This document shows positions 8,754-18,640 of a stretch of 64,000 nucleotides of DNA, one piece after another. The notes beneath the pieces were generated by a model. That model was not told where the DNA came from. It saw nothing but the letters and a program-made list of their open reading frames with translations, and did no database searches. The stretch is from Candidatus Eiseniibacteriota bacterium (GTDB lineage: Bacteria; Eisenbacteria; RBG-16-71-46). The first letter of the stretch is position 1. Each line of letters begins with the position of its first letter. The position numbers and the translations under genes were made by a program. Location of the stretch: contig OY970178.1 in assembly GCA_963707915.1 (NCBI GenBank), positions 2,048,001 through 2,112,000 on the forward strand. Direction: 5' to 3'.

Positions 8754-9610
8754 AGCAGGCCCTCCAGGTGCGGCGCCAGAAGCCACCAGCGCCGGCGGAA
8801 GTGGTCCACGGTCTTGCGCACGCCCTCGGTCACGGCGCGGCTCGAGATGGTCGCGCCGGTCACGGCGTAGATGGGCCGCGTGCGCTCGCGCTGCAGCAGC
8901 TCGCGGTGGCGCGCCGGGCCGTCGGGGGCACGCCGGGCGAAGGCCACCAGCGCCTGCTTCCAGTCCTCGGGCATCGGGTCCCGGGTCACGTCGAGCCGGG
9001 CGAGCTCCTCCGCCGTGCGCCCCACGTACTGCTCGCGGAACCACGGCTGCGCCACCTCGGCGCCGAGCCCGGGGTCGTCGGTGGTCTCGATGATCCGCAT
9101 GTCCACGATCTCGAAGTCGGGCTTCATCGCCACGAACAGCCGGATCGGCGCCTTGTAGCCGCGCGTCTCGCCCTGCACCACGAAGCCCGCGGGCTGGCCG
9201 GCCCGCGTCGCGACGAACATGCGGCCCAGCGGCGCCCACTCGCGGCCGACCGGGTCCGCGACCGGCACGTCGCGGGCGCCCGCCAGCGCGCCGTCCAGCG
9301 TGAACGTCACCTCGTGCGCCGTCCCGCTGGTCGCCCCCAGCGGCGCGGCGCGGTAGACCACCTCGCGCGCCCCGGGCATCAGGAACTGGCGGACCTCGAG
9401 CAGGCGCGCCCCCTCGTCCAGGCCCAGCATCTCGTGGATGGCCGCGCGCTCGGCGGCCCGGGCGGAGGCGACCCGGTAGCGCTCGGTGCCGAGGTAGACC
9501 AGCCCCAGCACGGCGGCGCCCGCCAGGCACGCCACGCTCATCGAGAGCACGATGCGCGCCAGTTCGCGCCCCGCGAGGCGCGGCTTCGGCCGGACCACGT
9601 CGTGGCTCAC
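8750..9610 (-). CDS. rnfG: Rnf complex subunit G (FMN-binding)
   Basis: N-terminal TM helix, GY, PGLG and the VTGATISS flavinylation motif; position in the operon. Confidence 0.88.
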   Translation of the reverse strand: MSHDVVRPKPRLAGRELARIVLSMSVACLAGAAVLGLVYLGTERYRVASARAAERAAIHEMLGLDEGARLLEVRQFLMPGAREVVYRAAPLGATSGTAHEVTFTLDGALAGARDVPVADPVGREWAPLGRMFVATRAGQPAGFVVQGETRGYKAPIRLFVAMKPDFEIVDMRIIETTDDPGLGAEVAQPWFREQYVGRTAEELARLDVTRDPMPEDWKQALVAFARRAPDGPARHRELLQRERTRPIYAVTGATISSRAVTEGVRKTVDHFRRRWWLLAPHLEGLL

Positions 9611-10593
9611 GAGAGCGCTCCCGCGGCCTGCACCCGGCGCGGCCGGAACCACAGGTCGATCGCCGGCACCATGGCGTTGGCGATGAGGATGGCGAAGCAG
9701 ATGCCCTCGGGGTAGCCCCCCCACATGCGGATCAGCCCGGTCAGCAGCCCGATCAGCACGCCGAAGACCAGCTGCCCCGTGCGCGTGACCGGCGCGGTGA
9801 CGTAGTCGGTCGCCATGAAGAACGCGGCCAGCCAGACGCCGCCCGAGAGCATGTGCAGCCAGGCCGCGCCACTGAACGAGGTCATGACCGCCAGCCCGAA
9901 GAAAACGCCGAGCGGCGCGTGGAGCCGGATGATGCCGCGCGCCAGCAACACCAGGGCGCCGAGCACGATGAGCACGATCGAGACCTCCCCGATCGAACCG
10001 GGCCGCAGGCCGATGAGCAGCCGGAACCAGCCCTCGGGCCCGCCGATCAGGTGCAGCGCGGCCTGCAGGTCGTGCTCGCGCATGACCCCGAGCGGCGTGG
10101 CGGTGGTGATGGCCTCGAGCCGCGAGTACCAGGCGCGCGGGATGGACCAGCCGATCGTCATCGCCACCGGGAAGGAGGCCATCATGAACGCCCGCCCGAT
10201 CATCGCCGGGTTGAAGAGGTTGTAGCCCAGCCCGCCGAAGATCATCTTGCCGAACAGGATGGCGAACGCGCCGCCGATCGTCGCCGCCCACCACGGCACC
10301 AGCGGCGGCAGCGTGAGCGCGAGCAGCAACCCGGTGCACACGGCGCTGCCGTCCCCCACCGTCGCGCGCTGCCTCATGAGCCGCTTCGCGAGCAGCTCGG
10401 CACCCACCGCGCCGGCGACCGCTCCCAGGATGACCTCCAGCGCCGGGGGACCGAACACCCACACGCCCCACGCCGTGGTCGGCAGCAACGCGGCGTTCAC
10501 CCACCACATGATGCCGGCCGTGGTCTCCGTGGTCCGCAGGTGCGGCCCCGGGGTCACGACGAACGGCTGCCGGGCAGCGGTCGCTTCGCTCAT
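9607..10593 (-). CDS. rnfD: Rnf complex subunit D
   Basis: GKMIFGGLGYNLFNPA, TTATPL (FMN Thr), FMATDYVTAP and YPEG motifs. Confidence 0.93.
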   Translation of the reverse strand: MSEATAARQPFVVTPGPHLRTTETTAGIMWWVNAALLPTTAWGVWVFGPPALEVILGAVAGAVGAELLAKRLMRQRATVGDGSAVCTGLLLALTLPPLVPWWAATIGGAFAILFGKMIFGGLGYNLFNPAMIGRAFMMASFPVAMTIGWSIPRAWYSRLEAITTATPLGVMREHDLQAALHLIGGPEGWFRLLIGLRPGSIGEVSIVLIVLGALVLLARGIIRLHAPLGVFFGLAVMTSFSGAAWLHMLSGGVWLAAFFMATDYVTAPVTRTGQLVFGVLIGLLTGLIRMWGGYPEGICFAILIANAMVPAIDLWFRPRRVQAAGALS

Positions 10594-11966
10594 CGCGTCC
10601 CCGTCGCCAGGTTCTCGCGCTGCTTGCGCAGCGCGCTCTTCGCCACCTGCAGGAACTGCACCAGCGGTCGCTGCGACGGGCAGACGTAGGCGCAGGCCCC
10701 GCACTCGTAGCACTCCACCGCGCCGAAATCCGCGGTCTCGGCGGCGTGCCCGGCCTCGACCCGGACCGAGACCTGGTTGGGCTCGAGCCCCAGCGGGCAG
10801 GCGTCGAGGCAGCGCCCGCACTGGATGCACGGCCCGTAGCCCTGCTCGAACGGGCCCTGGCCGGTGAGCAGCACCAGGCCGTTCATCCCCTTGACCAGCG
10901 GCACGTCGAGGCGCGGCAGCGCGCGGCCCATCATCGGACCGCCCGAGATCACGCGCGTGGCCTGGTCGGTCAGACCGCCGCAGAAGCGCACCAGGTCGGC
11001 GAGCAGCGTGCCGATCGGGGCGCGCACGTTCCGGGGCTGCGCCACGCCCGGGCCGGTCACGGTCACCACGCGCTCGATCAGCGGCCGGCGGAAGCGCACG
11101 GCGTCGTGCACCGCGGCCGCCGTCGCCACGTTCTGCACCACCACGTGCACCGCGTAGGGCAGCGAGCGGGGCGGGATCACGCGCCCGGTCAGCGCGGCGA
11201 CCAGCTGCTTCTCGGCGCCCTGCGGGTAGCGCGACGGCACGACGCGGACCTGGACGTCCAGGCCGTGCAGCGCGCTCGAGCCGGCGGCCGCCTCGAGCGC
11301 GGCGGCGGCGTCGAGCTTGTCCGACTCCACGCCGACCAGGACGCGCCGCACGCCGACGATGCGGGCCAGCAGGGCGGCGCCCTCGACGATGGCGCGCGGC
11401 TCCGCCAGCATCAGCCGGTAGTCCGAGGTCAGGTACGGCTCGCACTCGGCCCCGTTGATGACCAGCGTGTCCACCGTCACGCCCGGCGGCAGCCGGAGCT
11501 TGCGGAAGGTCGGGAACGCCGCCCCGCCCAGGCCGACGATGCCGGCCTCGCGGATGCGCGCCAGCATCTCCTCGGGGTCGAGCGCGCGCCAGGCCGCGTC
11601 CTCGGGGAACTCGAGGGCGGGCGCCCCGGTCTCGTCCACCCGCGCCAGCACGATGGCCTGCGCCTGGACCAGCGTGGGGTGCGCCTGCTTGTCGATCGAC
11701 TTGACCTTGCCGTCGATGGAGGCGTGCAGCGGCACGCCGCTGCCCGCGGCCTCGGCGATCTTCTGCCCGCGCCGCACCACGTCGCCCTTCTTGACCACCG
11801 GCACCGCCGGGTCGCCCAGGTGCTGCACCAGCGGCAGCACGACCTCCGCCGGGGGCGGCAGGTCCTCGATCGGGCGGCCCGCGGTGGCCTCCTTGCGCGG
11901 GCCGGGATGGCTCGGCCCGCGCATCAACTCGAATAGCGCGGCGCCGCGTGAGTCGGAGTGCGTCAT
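10590..11966 (-). CDS. rnfC: Rnf complex subunit C
   Basis: AGIVGLGGAAFPT, NGAECEPYLT, YPQGAEK, GGPMMG and two CxxCxxCxxxCP motifs. Confidence 0.95.
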   Translation of the reverse strand: MTHSDSRGAALFELMRGPSHPGPRKEATAGRPIEDLPPPAEVVLPLVQHLGDPAVPVVKKGDVVRRGQKIAEAAGSGVPLHASIDGKVKSIDKQAHPTLVQAQAIVLARVDETGAPALEFPEDAAWRALDPEEMLARIREAGIVGLGGAAFPTFRKLRLPPGVTVDTLVINGAECEPYLTSDYRLMLAEPRAIVEGAALLARIVGVRRVLVGVESDKLDAAAALEAAAGSSALHGLDVQVRVVPSRYPQGAEKQLVAALTGRVIPPRSLPYAVHVVVQNVATAAAVHDAVRFRRPLIERVVTVTGPGVAQPRNVRAPIGTLLADLVRFCGGLTDQATRVISGGPMMGRALPRLDVPLVKGMNGLVLLTGQGPFEQGYGPCIQCGRCLDACPLGLEPNQVSVRVEAGHAAETADFGAVECYECGACAYVCPSQRPLVQFLQVAKSALRKQRENLATGTR

Positions 11967-11979
11967 GGTCGTCCGGGCC

Positions 11980-12999
11980 CTACAGGAACAGCGCGTCGAG
12001 CGCGCCGGGCCAGCCGCGGAAGCGGCTCGGACCGAGCAGGAACGCGGCCGTGGACATCTGGTCGGACGCCACCGCCGTGCGCGCCAGGACGCTCACGCTG
12101 ACGTGGCCGTCCGCGGGTGTGCCGCGCTTCGCGTCGAGGATGTGGCCGAGCCGATGGCCCGCGATGGTGCGGAAGCGTTCGGTGTTGGCGCTGGTCGCCA
12201 CCGCGGCGTCCCGCAGGCTGAAGACGCGCTCGGTCCGCCCGGTGCGCGGGTGGAACAGCGCCACCGACCAGCCGTCGGCGCCGTCCTCGGGCACGCCCAG
12301 CCCGTAGACGTTGCCGCCCGCGTCCACCAGGCCCGAAGTGACGCCCTCCGCGCGCAGGGCCTCCACGGCGCGGTCCACGGCCCAGCCCTTGCCGATCGAG
12401 CCCAGGTCGAGGCCCATGCCGCGCCGCGCCAGCGCGACGGTGCCGGCGCCCCGGTCGAGCCGCACGTCCTCGAACCCGACCAGGGCCAGCGCCCGGTCCA
12501 CCTCGGCGGTGGTGGGCAGGCTCGCGCGATCGGGACCGTAGAAGCCGTAGAGCGTCATGAGCGGCAGCACGGTCGGGTCGTACAGCCCGCCCGAGCGGCG
12601 CGCGCACGCGCCGGCCTGCTCCACCACCTCGAGCAGCGCCGGCGCGACCCGCACCGGCTCGAGTCCCGCGGCCCGGTTCAGCCGCGACAACCCGCTGTCG
12701 GCGCGGTGGGCGCTCATCTGCGCGTCCACTTCGCGCATCGCGGCGAAGGCACGCTCGACCGCGCGGGTCGCGCGGCCGCGGTCGGGATGGCGCGCGACGA
12801 CCCGCACCCAGGTGCCCATCAGCGGACGGCCCGCCTCGACGCTCTCGACCGGCCGGTGCTGCGTGCGACGCAGCACCGGGGCCATGATCCCGGCGCCGGC
12901 GAGCAGGCCGAGGCCGGCGAGGAAATCGCGACGGGTGAACGGCTTCCGCCCGGCGAGTGGGCCTTCGGGCGGCAATGGCGTAAGGTGGGAGCGCGCCAT
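11980..12999 (-). CDS. apbE: FAD:protein FMN transferase ApbE with Tat-like signal
   Basis: RRDFL Tat motif, MGT, DLGSIGKG, DAGGN, AVATS and HILD; lies at the head of the rnf operon. Confidence 0.9.
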   Translation of the reverse strand: MARSHLTPLPPEGPLAGRKPFTRRDFLAGLGLLAGAGIMAPVLRRTQHRPVESVEAGRPLMGTWVRVVARHPDRGRATRAVERAFAAMREVDAQMSAHRADSGLSRLNRAAGLEPVRVAPALLEVVEQAGACARRSGGLYDPTVLPLMTLYGFYGPDRASLPTTAEVDRALALVGFEDVRLDRGAGTVALARRGMGLDLGSIGKGWAVDRAVEALRAEGVTSGLVDAGGNVYGLGVPEDGADGWSVALFHPRTGRTERVFSLRDAAVATSANTERFRTIAGHRLGHILDAKRGTPADGHVSVSVLARTAVASDQMSTAAFLLGPSRFRGWPGALDALFL

Positions 13000-13185
13000 G
13001 GGGCTACGGACTCCTCGGGTTTGCGATGGAGGTCTCCCCGGCGGCCCCGGGCGGGAAGGTCTGCTGCCTGCCTTCCCGGTTAGCATGATTCATGCAGGGT
13101 AGCACAAGTCCTGTGAATTCCAGCCCGGCGCCCGGCGCCGGACCCAGCAAGGACGTAACCCGCCAACTCCAGAAGGAGCACCAAA

Positions 13186-13392
13186 TTGGGCAAGATTCCT
13201 GAGTTCTACGTGGACGCCGATCTGTGCACGGAATGCGGCGACTGCATCACGGCCATCCCCGAGGCCTTCCGGAAGGTCGCAGGTGAAGAAGTGGCAGAGG
13301 TTTACAACGTCAATCTGGACGAGAGCTTCCTGCCAAAAGTGGAGAAGATTATGACAGATTGTCCGGCCGCCGCCATCCTCTGGAAGAAGTGA
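13186..13392 (+). CDS. Single-cluster ferredoxin
   Basis: CTECGDC...CPAAAI; TTG start with AAGGAG RBS. Confidence 0.85.
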   Translation: MGKIPEFYVDADLCTECGDCITAIPEAFRKVAGEEVAEVYNVNLDESFLPKVEKIMTDCPAAAILWKK

Positions 13393-13400
13393 GGACCTCC

Positions 13401-14375
13401 GTGAAGCCTCTGGACCTGAGAAAGACCCTTGGGGAGTCGGTGCTCGAGATCCGCGGCGACGGCAAGGCCGGCGGCGGTCTCGTGCTCGCCTTCCAGAGCC
13501 TCGCCAGCCTGGCGCTGACCGACCCGACCCTGAACGTCCAGGAGTGGCCGTTCTTCAGCTCCGCGCGCCGCGGCGCCAACATCCGCTCCTACGTGCGCGT
13601 CAGCTCGCGCCCCATCCGCATCGCCTGCGAGGTGACCAACCCGACGCTCGTGCTGTTGATGGACGAAGGCGCGTCCCGCACGGTGGACTTCGCCCAGGGC
13701 GTGCCCCCGGGCGGCACCTTCGTGCTCAACACGCGGCACTCGCCCGAGGTCTGCGCGAAGCACTACGGGCTGTCCGGCCGCGTGATCACCATCTCCGGCG
13801 ACGAGATCGGGCTGAAGCACCTCAAGGCCCAGATCGGCAACGTCTCGGCCTACGTCGCCATGGCGCACGCCATCGGCGGGTTCAAGCCCGAGACCATCAT
13901 CGACACCTTCCTCTACGCGCTCAAGAAGCGCCGCATCCCGGAGACCGTGCTGCAGCGCAACCGCGAGGCGCTCGAGGCGAGCCTGACCGAGGTCAAGGAG
14001 GGCGTGTTCGACGAGGCCAAGGCGGGTTCGCACCAGGTCCCGCCGTTCGCGGGCTACGGCGAACTGCCGGTCGGCGCGCAGACCGCCCTGCGCCTCTCGC
14101 AGGACAACCTGACCGCCTACTACGCCCGCAGCGGCGTGCAGCTGCACTTCGCGGACCCCGAGGACAAGTGCACCGGCTGCGGACACTGCATCACCAACTG
14201 CCCCGAGGGCATCATCCACTGGGAGCCGAACGAGAAGAACGGCCTCAAGGTCACGGGCAGCGACGTCACCGACTACTGCAAGCTCTGCGCGGAGTGCATC
14301 AGCGTCTGTCCCGAGAACCTGTTCTCCGAGGTCCCGTTCAACGTGGCCTGGAAGGAAGCGGAGGTCACGTCATGA
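13401..14375 (+). CDS. 2-oxoacid:ferredoxin oxidoreductase gamma-delta fusion subunit
   Basis: EIRGDGKAGGG, SSARRGA..SYVRVS, then two 4Fe-4S motifs (CTGCGHCITNCP and CKLCAECISVCP). Confidence 0.87.
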   Translation: MKPLDLRKTLGESVLEIRGDGKAGGGLVLAFQSLASLALTDPTLNVQEWPFFSSARRGANIRSYVRVSSRPIRIACEVTNPTLVLLMDEGASRTVDFAQGVPPGGTFVLNTRHSPEVCAKHYGLSGRVITISGDEIGLKHLKAQIGNVSAYVAMAHAIGGFKPETIIDTFLYALKKRRIPETVLQRNREALEASLTEVKEGVFDEAKAGSHQVPPFAGYGELPVGAQTALRLSQDNLTAYYARSGVQLHFADPEDKCTGCGHCITNCPEGIIHWEPNEKNGLKVTGSDVTDYCKLCAECISVCPENLFSEVPFNVAWKEAEVTS

Positions 14376-15700
14376 GCACCGAACTCAACGCCGCCGCGAC
14401 GCGTGTCACCACGCCCTCCGGCGACTGGTATCCCGACGCGATCGACCTGGCGGCCGTGAAGGCCGCGCACGTCCCGCTCTATACCCAGCGCACCGAGATC
14501 ACCTCGGACGGCAACCAGGCCGCGGCGGTCGCCGGCCTGCAGATGTGGCGCTGCCTGATCTACGCCGGCTTCCCGATCACGCCCTCGACCAAGTGGGCCG
14601 AGTTCTCGGCCGCGACCATCAACGGCCAGAAGGGCACCAAGAAGCGCGTCAAGCTCATGGAGGCGGAGCACGCGGTGGCGGACTACATGGCCGCCGCGTC
14701 CGCGGCCTGCCGCGACTTGATCTTCACCACCGCGACCAGCTCGGTCGGGCTCGACCACATGTACGAGACCATCAAGTCGATGGGCGCGAGCGGCCTCGGC
14801 AACGCGATGCTCATCAACGTGTACCGGTGCTCGGCCAACTACCCGCTGTGCATCGAGGGCGATCCTTCGGACACGCTCGGCCAGCGGGACTCCGGCTGGA
14901 TCCAGATCTCCTGCCGCGGCAAGCAGCAGATCTACGACACCGTCCTGCAGATGCCGTGCGTCGGCATGCACCACGACGTGCTCACGCCGACCATGCCGGG
15001 CTTCTACGGCATCAAGGACAGCCACCGCAACGCGCGCCTGGTCTGCGAGCCGGATGCGGCGGTCCACGAGTTCCAGGACCGCTGGATCAAGCCCTGCCCG
15101 CTGCCGGGCCTGATCAACGGCGACACCGCCATGGGCAACTGCGTCACCTCGCGGTACTTCCAGGGCTTCAAGGTCACGCAGAAGCGCCGCTTCGAGAAGA
15201 CCCTCGACGTGCTGCCGCAGGTCGGGGCGGATTTCGAGCGCACGTTCGGGCGCCCCGGTGTCTCGTTCTTCGAGCTGGCCGGCTGGCCCGAGTCGGGCGG
15301 CCCCGACCTGGCGGTGGTCAGCATGGGGCCGGACTTCGGCACCTTCGAGGAGATCCGCGAGGGCTACGCCAGGAAGCACGGCCTCAAGGTGGGCGGGATG
15401 TGCATCCGCCTGCTGTCGCCGTTCCCCCGCGAGGCGGTGCGCGAGAAGCTGCGTCACGCGCGCGCGGTGCTGGTCGTCAACCAGGCGCATCACCAGTCAC
15501 GCGGCCACCTGACGCTCGACGTGGCGGACGCGCTCTGCAACCTCAGCTCTCCTCCCGCCGTGGTCAGCACCTTCTGCGGCATGGGCGGCGCGGACGTCTC
15601 CGTGTCGACCTGGGAGGCGATGCTCGACAGCGGGCGGCGCGCCCTGTCCGGCGACATGCCTCCTCCCTACCAGATCTTCCACGAGGGGGCCGTGCTATGA
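14372..15700 (+). CDS. 2-oxoacid:ferredoxin oxidoreductase alpha subunit
   Basis: DGNQAAA, GFPITPST, EAEH, TATSSVGL and RDSGW motifs; ATGA overlap. Confidence 0.88.
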   Translation: MSTELNAAATRVTTPSGDWYPDAIDLAAVKAAHVPLYTQRTEITSDGNQAAAVAGLQMWRCLIYAGFPITPSTKWAEFSAATINGQKGTKKRVKLMEAEHAVADYMAAASAACRDLIFTTATSSVGLDHMYETIKSMGASGLGNAMLINVYRCSANYPLCIEGDPSDTLGQRDSGWIQISCRGKQQIYDTVLQMPCVGMHHDVLTPTMPGFYGIKDSHRNARLVCEPDAAVHEFQDRWIKPCPLPGLINGDTAMGNCVTSRYFQGFKVTQKRRFEKTLDVLPQVGADFERTFGRPGVSFFELAGWPESGGPDLAVVSMGPDFGTFEEIREGYARKHGLKVGGMCIRLLSPFPREAVREKLRHARAVLVVNQAHHQSRGHLTLDVADALCNLSSPPAVVSTFCGMGGADVSVSTWEAMLDSGRRALSGDMPPPYQIFHEGAVL

Positions 15701-16713
15701 GCACCTACAAGGAGATCGCCCAGCGCGACTCCTGCTTCCGGGCCGGCTCGACGCTGTGCCCCGGATGCATGGAATCGCTGGCGCTTCAGAACATCGGCCG
15801 CGTCACCGACAACGGCGTGAAGACCTGCTTCACCATCGGCACCTCGTGCGCCGAGGTGTCCACGCTGTTCTTCCCCAACGTCGTGGCCTGGGGCCGCGGC
15901 GACGGCTCGCCCGACGAGTTCGGCAAGAGCTTCTCGATCATCCACAACGTGTTCGAGTCGGCGCCGACCTGCGCCGAGGCCGTGCGCGACGTGGGCGACG
16001 CGCTCACCGACTGCGGGGCTCTCAAGAACCCCATCCAGGTGTTCTCGGTCTCGGGGGACGGCGGCGCGATCGCCATCGGCCTGCGGGCCCTGCTGCACAC
16101 CATCAACCGGCGCGCGCGCATCACCATGGTGGTGCTGGTGAACGAGGTGTTCGCCAACACCGGGTTCCAGTACAGCCCGGCGGCCACGCCCTTCTCCGAC
16201 ACCAGCACCACGCCGGCGGTCGGGGACGTGCCCGGCAACCTGAACCCGCCGATCGACTACCTGCACATGGCCATCGCCGCGGGCGCCGACCTGGTCGCCC
16301 AGGTCAGCCCGGCCCACGGCCGCATGTTCCAGAAGACCGTCGAGGACTCGATGCAGGTCAAGGGCACGGCGATCATCTTCGTGCCGGCGCCCTGCATCAG
16401 CGGCTGGAAGTACGAGGACGGCAAGACCATCGACCTGGCGCTCGACGGTGCCCGTGCGGGCGTCTTCCCGACGTTCGTGTGGAAGCGCGGCGAGGGCGGC
16501 AAGGTGGTCGACTGCAAGCGCGAAGCGAAGGACCGGCCGAGCCTCGAGGAGTTCCTCGCGGCGCAGCGGCGCTTCGTGCACATCGTCGAGCGCGACCGCA
16601 AGACCGGCGAGGTCCGCGTGAAGCCCGGACGCGAGCACCACGTCGAGGCGTTCCGCACCTGGGTGCAGGACAACGTCGAGCGCCTGTACCAGCTCGCGGA
16701 GATCAAGAAGTAG
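15697..16713 (+). CDS. 2-oxoacid:ferredoxin oxidoreductase beta (TPP-binding) subunit
   Basis: LCPGC, TSC, GDGG..NEVFANTG and PCISGW motifs. Confidence 0.9.
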   Translation: MSTYKEIAQRDSCFRAGSTLCPGCMESLALQNIGRVTDNGVKTCFTIGTSCAEVSTLFFPNVVAWGRGDGSPDEFGKSFSIIHNVFESAPTCAEAVRDVGDALTDCGALKNPIQVFSVSGDGGAIAIGLRALLHTINRRARITMVVLVNEVFANTGFQYSPAATPFSDTSTTPAVGDVPGNLNPPIDYLHMAIAAGADLVAQVSPAHGRMFQKTVEDSMQVKGTAIIFVPAPCISGWKYEDGKTIDLALDGARAGVFPTFVWKRGEGGKVVDCKREAKDRPSLEEFLAAQRRFVHIVERDRKTGEVRVKPGREHHVEAFRTWVQDNVERLYQLAEIKK

Positions 16714-16740
16714 CAGCACATCAGTGTGGGGCCGCACCAA

Positions 16741-16767
16741 CGGGGCCGGGCGATGAGCCCGGCCTCG
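16741..16767 (+). terminator. Putative intrinsic terminator after the OFOR operon
   Basis: CGGGGCCGGGC-gatga-GCCCGGCCTCG hairpin followed by ACTATTT. Confidence 0.5.
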
Positions 16768-16903
16768 ACTATTTCGGCCGCGGTGCCCGCCGGTGCGCGC
16801 CCCGCGCCGGGCCCGGGGTGGTTTGGCCGCGACCCGGCGCGCGCTCTAGTCTGTCCGCGGCACGCTCACGATCGCGGCTCGTTCACCCGGTGACGAGGCA
16901 ACG

Positions 16904-18616
16904 ATGAGACCCGCCCACTCGCGCCCGGACTCCACGCGGATCGTGGACCTGCTCGTCATCACCGCCGCGTGGTGCGCCAGCCTGGTCCTGGTCCGTCCGG
17001 CGGGGGACTTCCCGCTGAACGACGACTGGTCCTTCGGCCTGGCCGTGCGGCACCTGCTCGCCAGTGGGGACTTCCGGCCCACCGGATGGACCTCCATGCC
17101 GCTGGTCACCAACGTGCTGTGGGGGTCGTTGTTCTGCCTGCCGGGCGGGTTCTCGTTCACCGCCCTGCGGGTCTCCACGCTGGTCATGGGGTGGATCGGG
17201 CTGCTCGGGACCTACCAGCTCGTCCGCGAGACCGGCCAGGGACGCTGGCTGGCGGTCCTGGCGGCGCTGACGCTGGGCTTCAGCCCCATCTACTACGCGC
17301 TGTCCAACACCTTCATGACGGACGTCCCGTTCACCGCGCTCTCGGTATGGGCGGCGGTCTTCCTGGTGCGCACGCTGAAGGGCGGGTCGCGCCTCGACTG
17401 GCTCGCGGGCACCGCTCTCGGCGTGGTCGCGACGCTCTCCCGGCAGCTTGGCCTCTGCATCCCCATCGCCTTCGGCGCCACCCTGCTCCTGGCCCGCGGA
17501 GTCACGGGCCGCGTCCTGCTGCGCGCGCTCGTCCCCGTCGCGGCATGCCTCGCCGCCCTGTTCGGCCTCGAGGCGTGGCTCACCGCCAGCGGCCGTCTGC
17601 CGCCGCTCTACCACGCCAGCGTGGACAAGCTGCTCGCCTCGCCGCCCGGCCCGCGGACGCTGGTGGCCTTCTTCGGGAAGACCGACATCAGCCTGCTCTA
17701 CCTGGGCTGGTTCCTGCTGCCGCTCCTCGCCGCGGGGGCCGCCGGCCTGTGGCGCTCGCGCGGGACGGGCGCGAGGCGGGCCCTGGTCCTGTCCTTCGCC
17801 GGCCTGCTCGCCCTGAACGTCGTGCTGGCGCCGGTCAACCAGCGGCGCTTCATCATGCCGATGTCCGGCAACGTCGTCGTCGCGTCCGGCATCGGCCCGC
17901 TCACGCTGGCGGAGGACTCGCTCAAGCGCTCGAGCCACGTCGCACCGCTGCCCGGGGTCTTTTGGTACGCCGTGACGGCGCTCTCGCTGCTCGGGGCCGC
18001 GTGCCTCGCCGCCATCCTCGCGCTCTGGCTGGCGGAGGCCGCGTCCCGGCTCCGGGCGCGGGCGATGACGCCGGACCACGCGCTCACGGCCTTCCTGCTG
18101 CTCGGCGCCGTCCTGCAACTGGTCCCGATGTCGCTGACGCGCTACTTCGACCGCTACACCGTGCCCACCCTCCCCTTGCTGGCCGCGGGCTGCCTATGCG
18201 TGCTGTCGCGGTTGCCCGGATTCGCGGTCGTGCACACGAAGGCGCTGCGGATCACGGCGGTGGCGCTGCTCGCGGCGAGCGCGATCTACTCGGTCGCCGG
18301 CACCCGCGACTACCTGGCCTGGAACCGCGCGCGCTGGCAGGCACTGAACGAGCTGACGGTCGATCGGAGGGTCCCCCCCGGGGAGATCGACGGCGGCTTC
18401 GAGTTCGGCGGCCTGTACCTCTACGATCCGGACTACGCGGAAGACCCCGGCAAGAGCTGGTGGTGGGTGCGGAATGACCGCTACCGGCTCGCGTTCGCGC
18501 CGCGCCCGGGGTTCACGGTCGTGCGCGAGTATCCGTACGACCGGTGGCTGCCGCCGGGGCGCGGAAGCATCGTCGTCCTGGCCGCCGCGCCGGCGGCGGC
18601 GCGTCCGACGCGGTAG
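16904..18616 (+). CDS. GT-C (ArnT/PMT, GT39-like) polytopic glycosyltransferase
   Basis: DFPLNDDWSF, FMTDVP, RQ and DRY motifs; many TM helices. Confidence 0.82.
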   Translation: MRPAHSRPDSTRIVDLLVITAAWCASLVLVRPAGDFPLNDDWSFGLAVRHLLASGDFRPTGWTSMPLVTNVLWGSLFCLPGGFSFTALRVSTLVMGWIGLLGTYQLVRETGQGRWLAVLAALTLGFSPIYYALSNTFMTDVPFTALSVWAAVFLVRTLKGGSRLDWLAGTALGVVATLSRQLGLCIPIAFGATLLLARGVTGRVLLRALVPVAACLAALFGLEAWLTASGRLPPLYHASVDKLLASPPGPRTLVAFFGKTDISLLYLGWFLLPLLAAGAAGLWRSRGTGARRALVLSFAGLLALNVVLAPVNQRRFIMPMSGNVVVASGIGPLTLAEDSLKRSSHVAPLPGVFWYAVTALSLLGAACLAAILALWLAEAASRLRARAMTPDHALTAFLLLGAVLQLVPMSLTRYFDRYTVPTLPLLAAGCLCVLSRLPGFAVVHTKALRITAVALLAASAIYSVAGTRDYLAWNRARWQALNELTVDRRVPPGEIDGGFEFGGLYLYDPDYAEDPGKSWWWVRNDRYRLAFAPRPGFTVVREYPYDRWLPPGRGSIVVLAAAPAAARPTR

Positions 18617-18640
18617 CGCCCGCTCCGTCCCGCTGCCGCG

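Noticed and set aside
6306..11445. Long N-terminal extensions on RnfB, RnfE, RnfG and RnfD shown in the ORF track
   Set aside because: They overlap the upstream rnf genes out of frame; the true starts are at stop/start overlaps. Only the RnfA extension occupies its own sequence.
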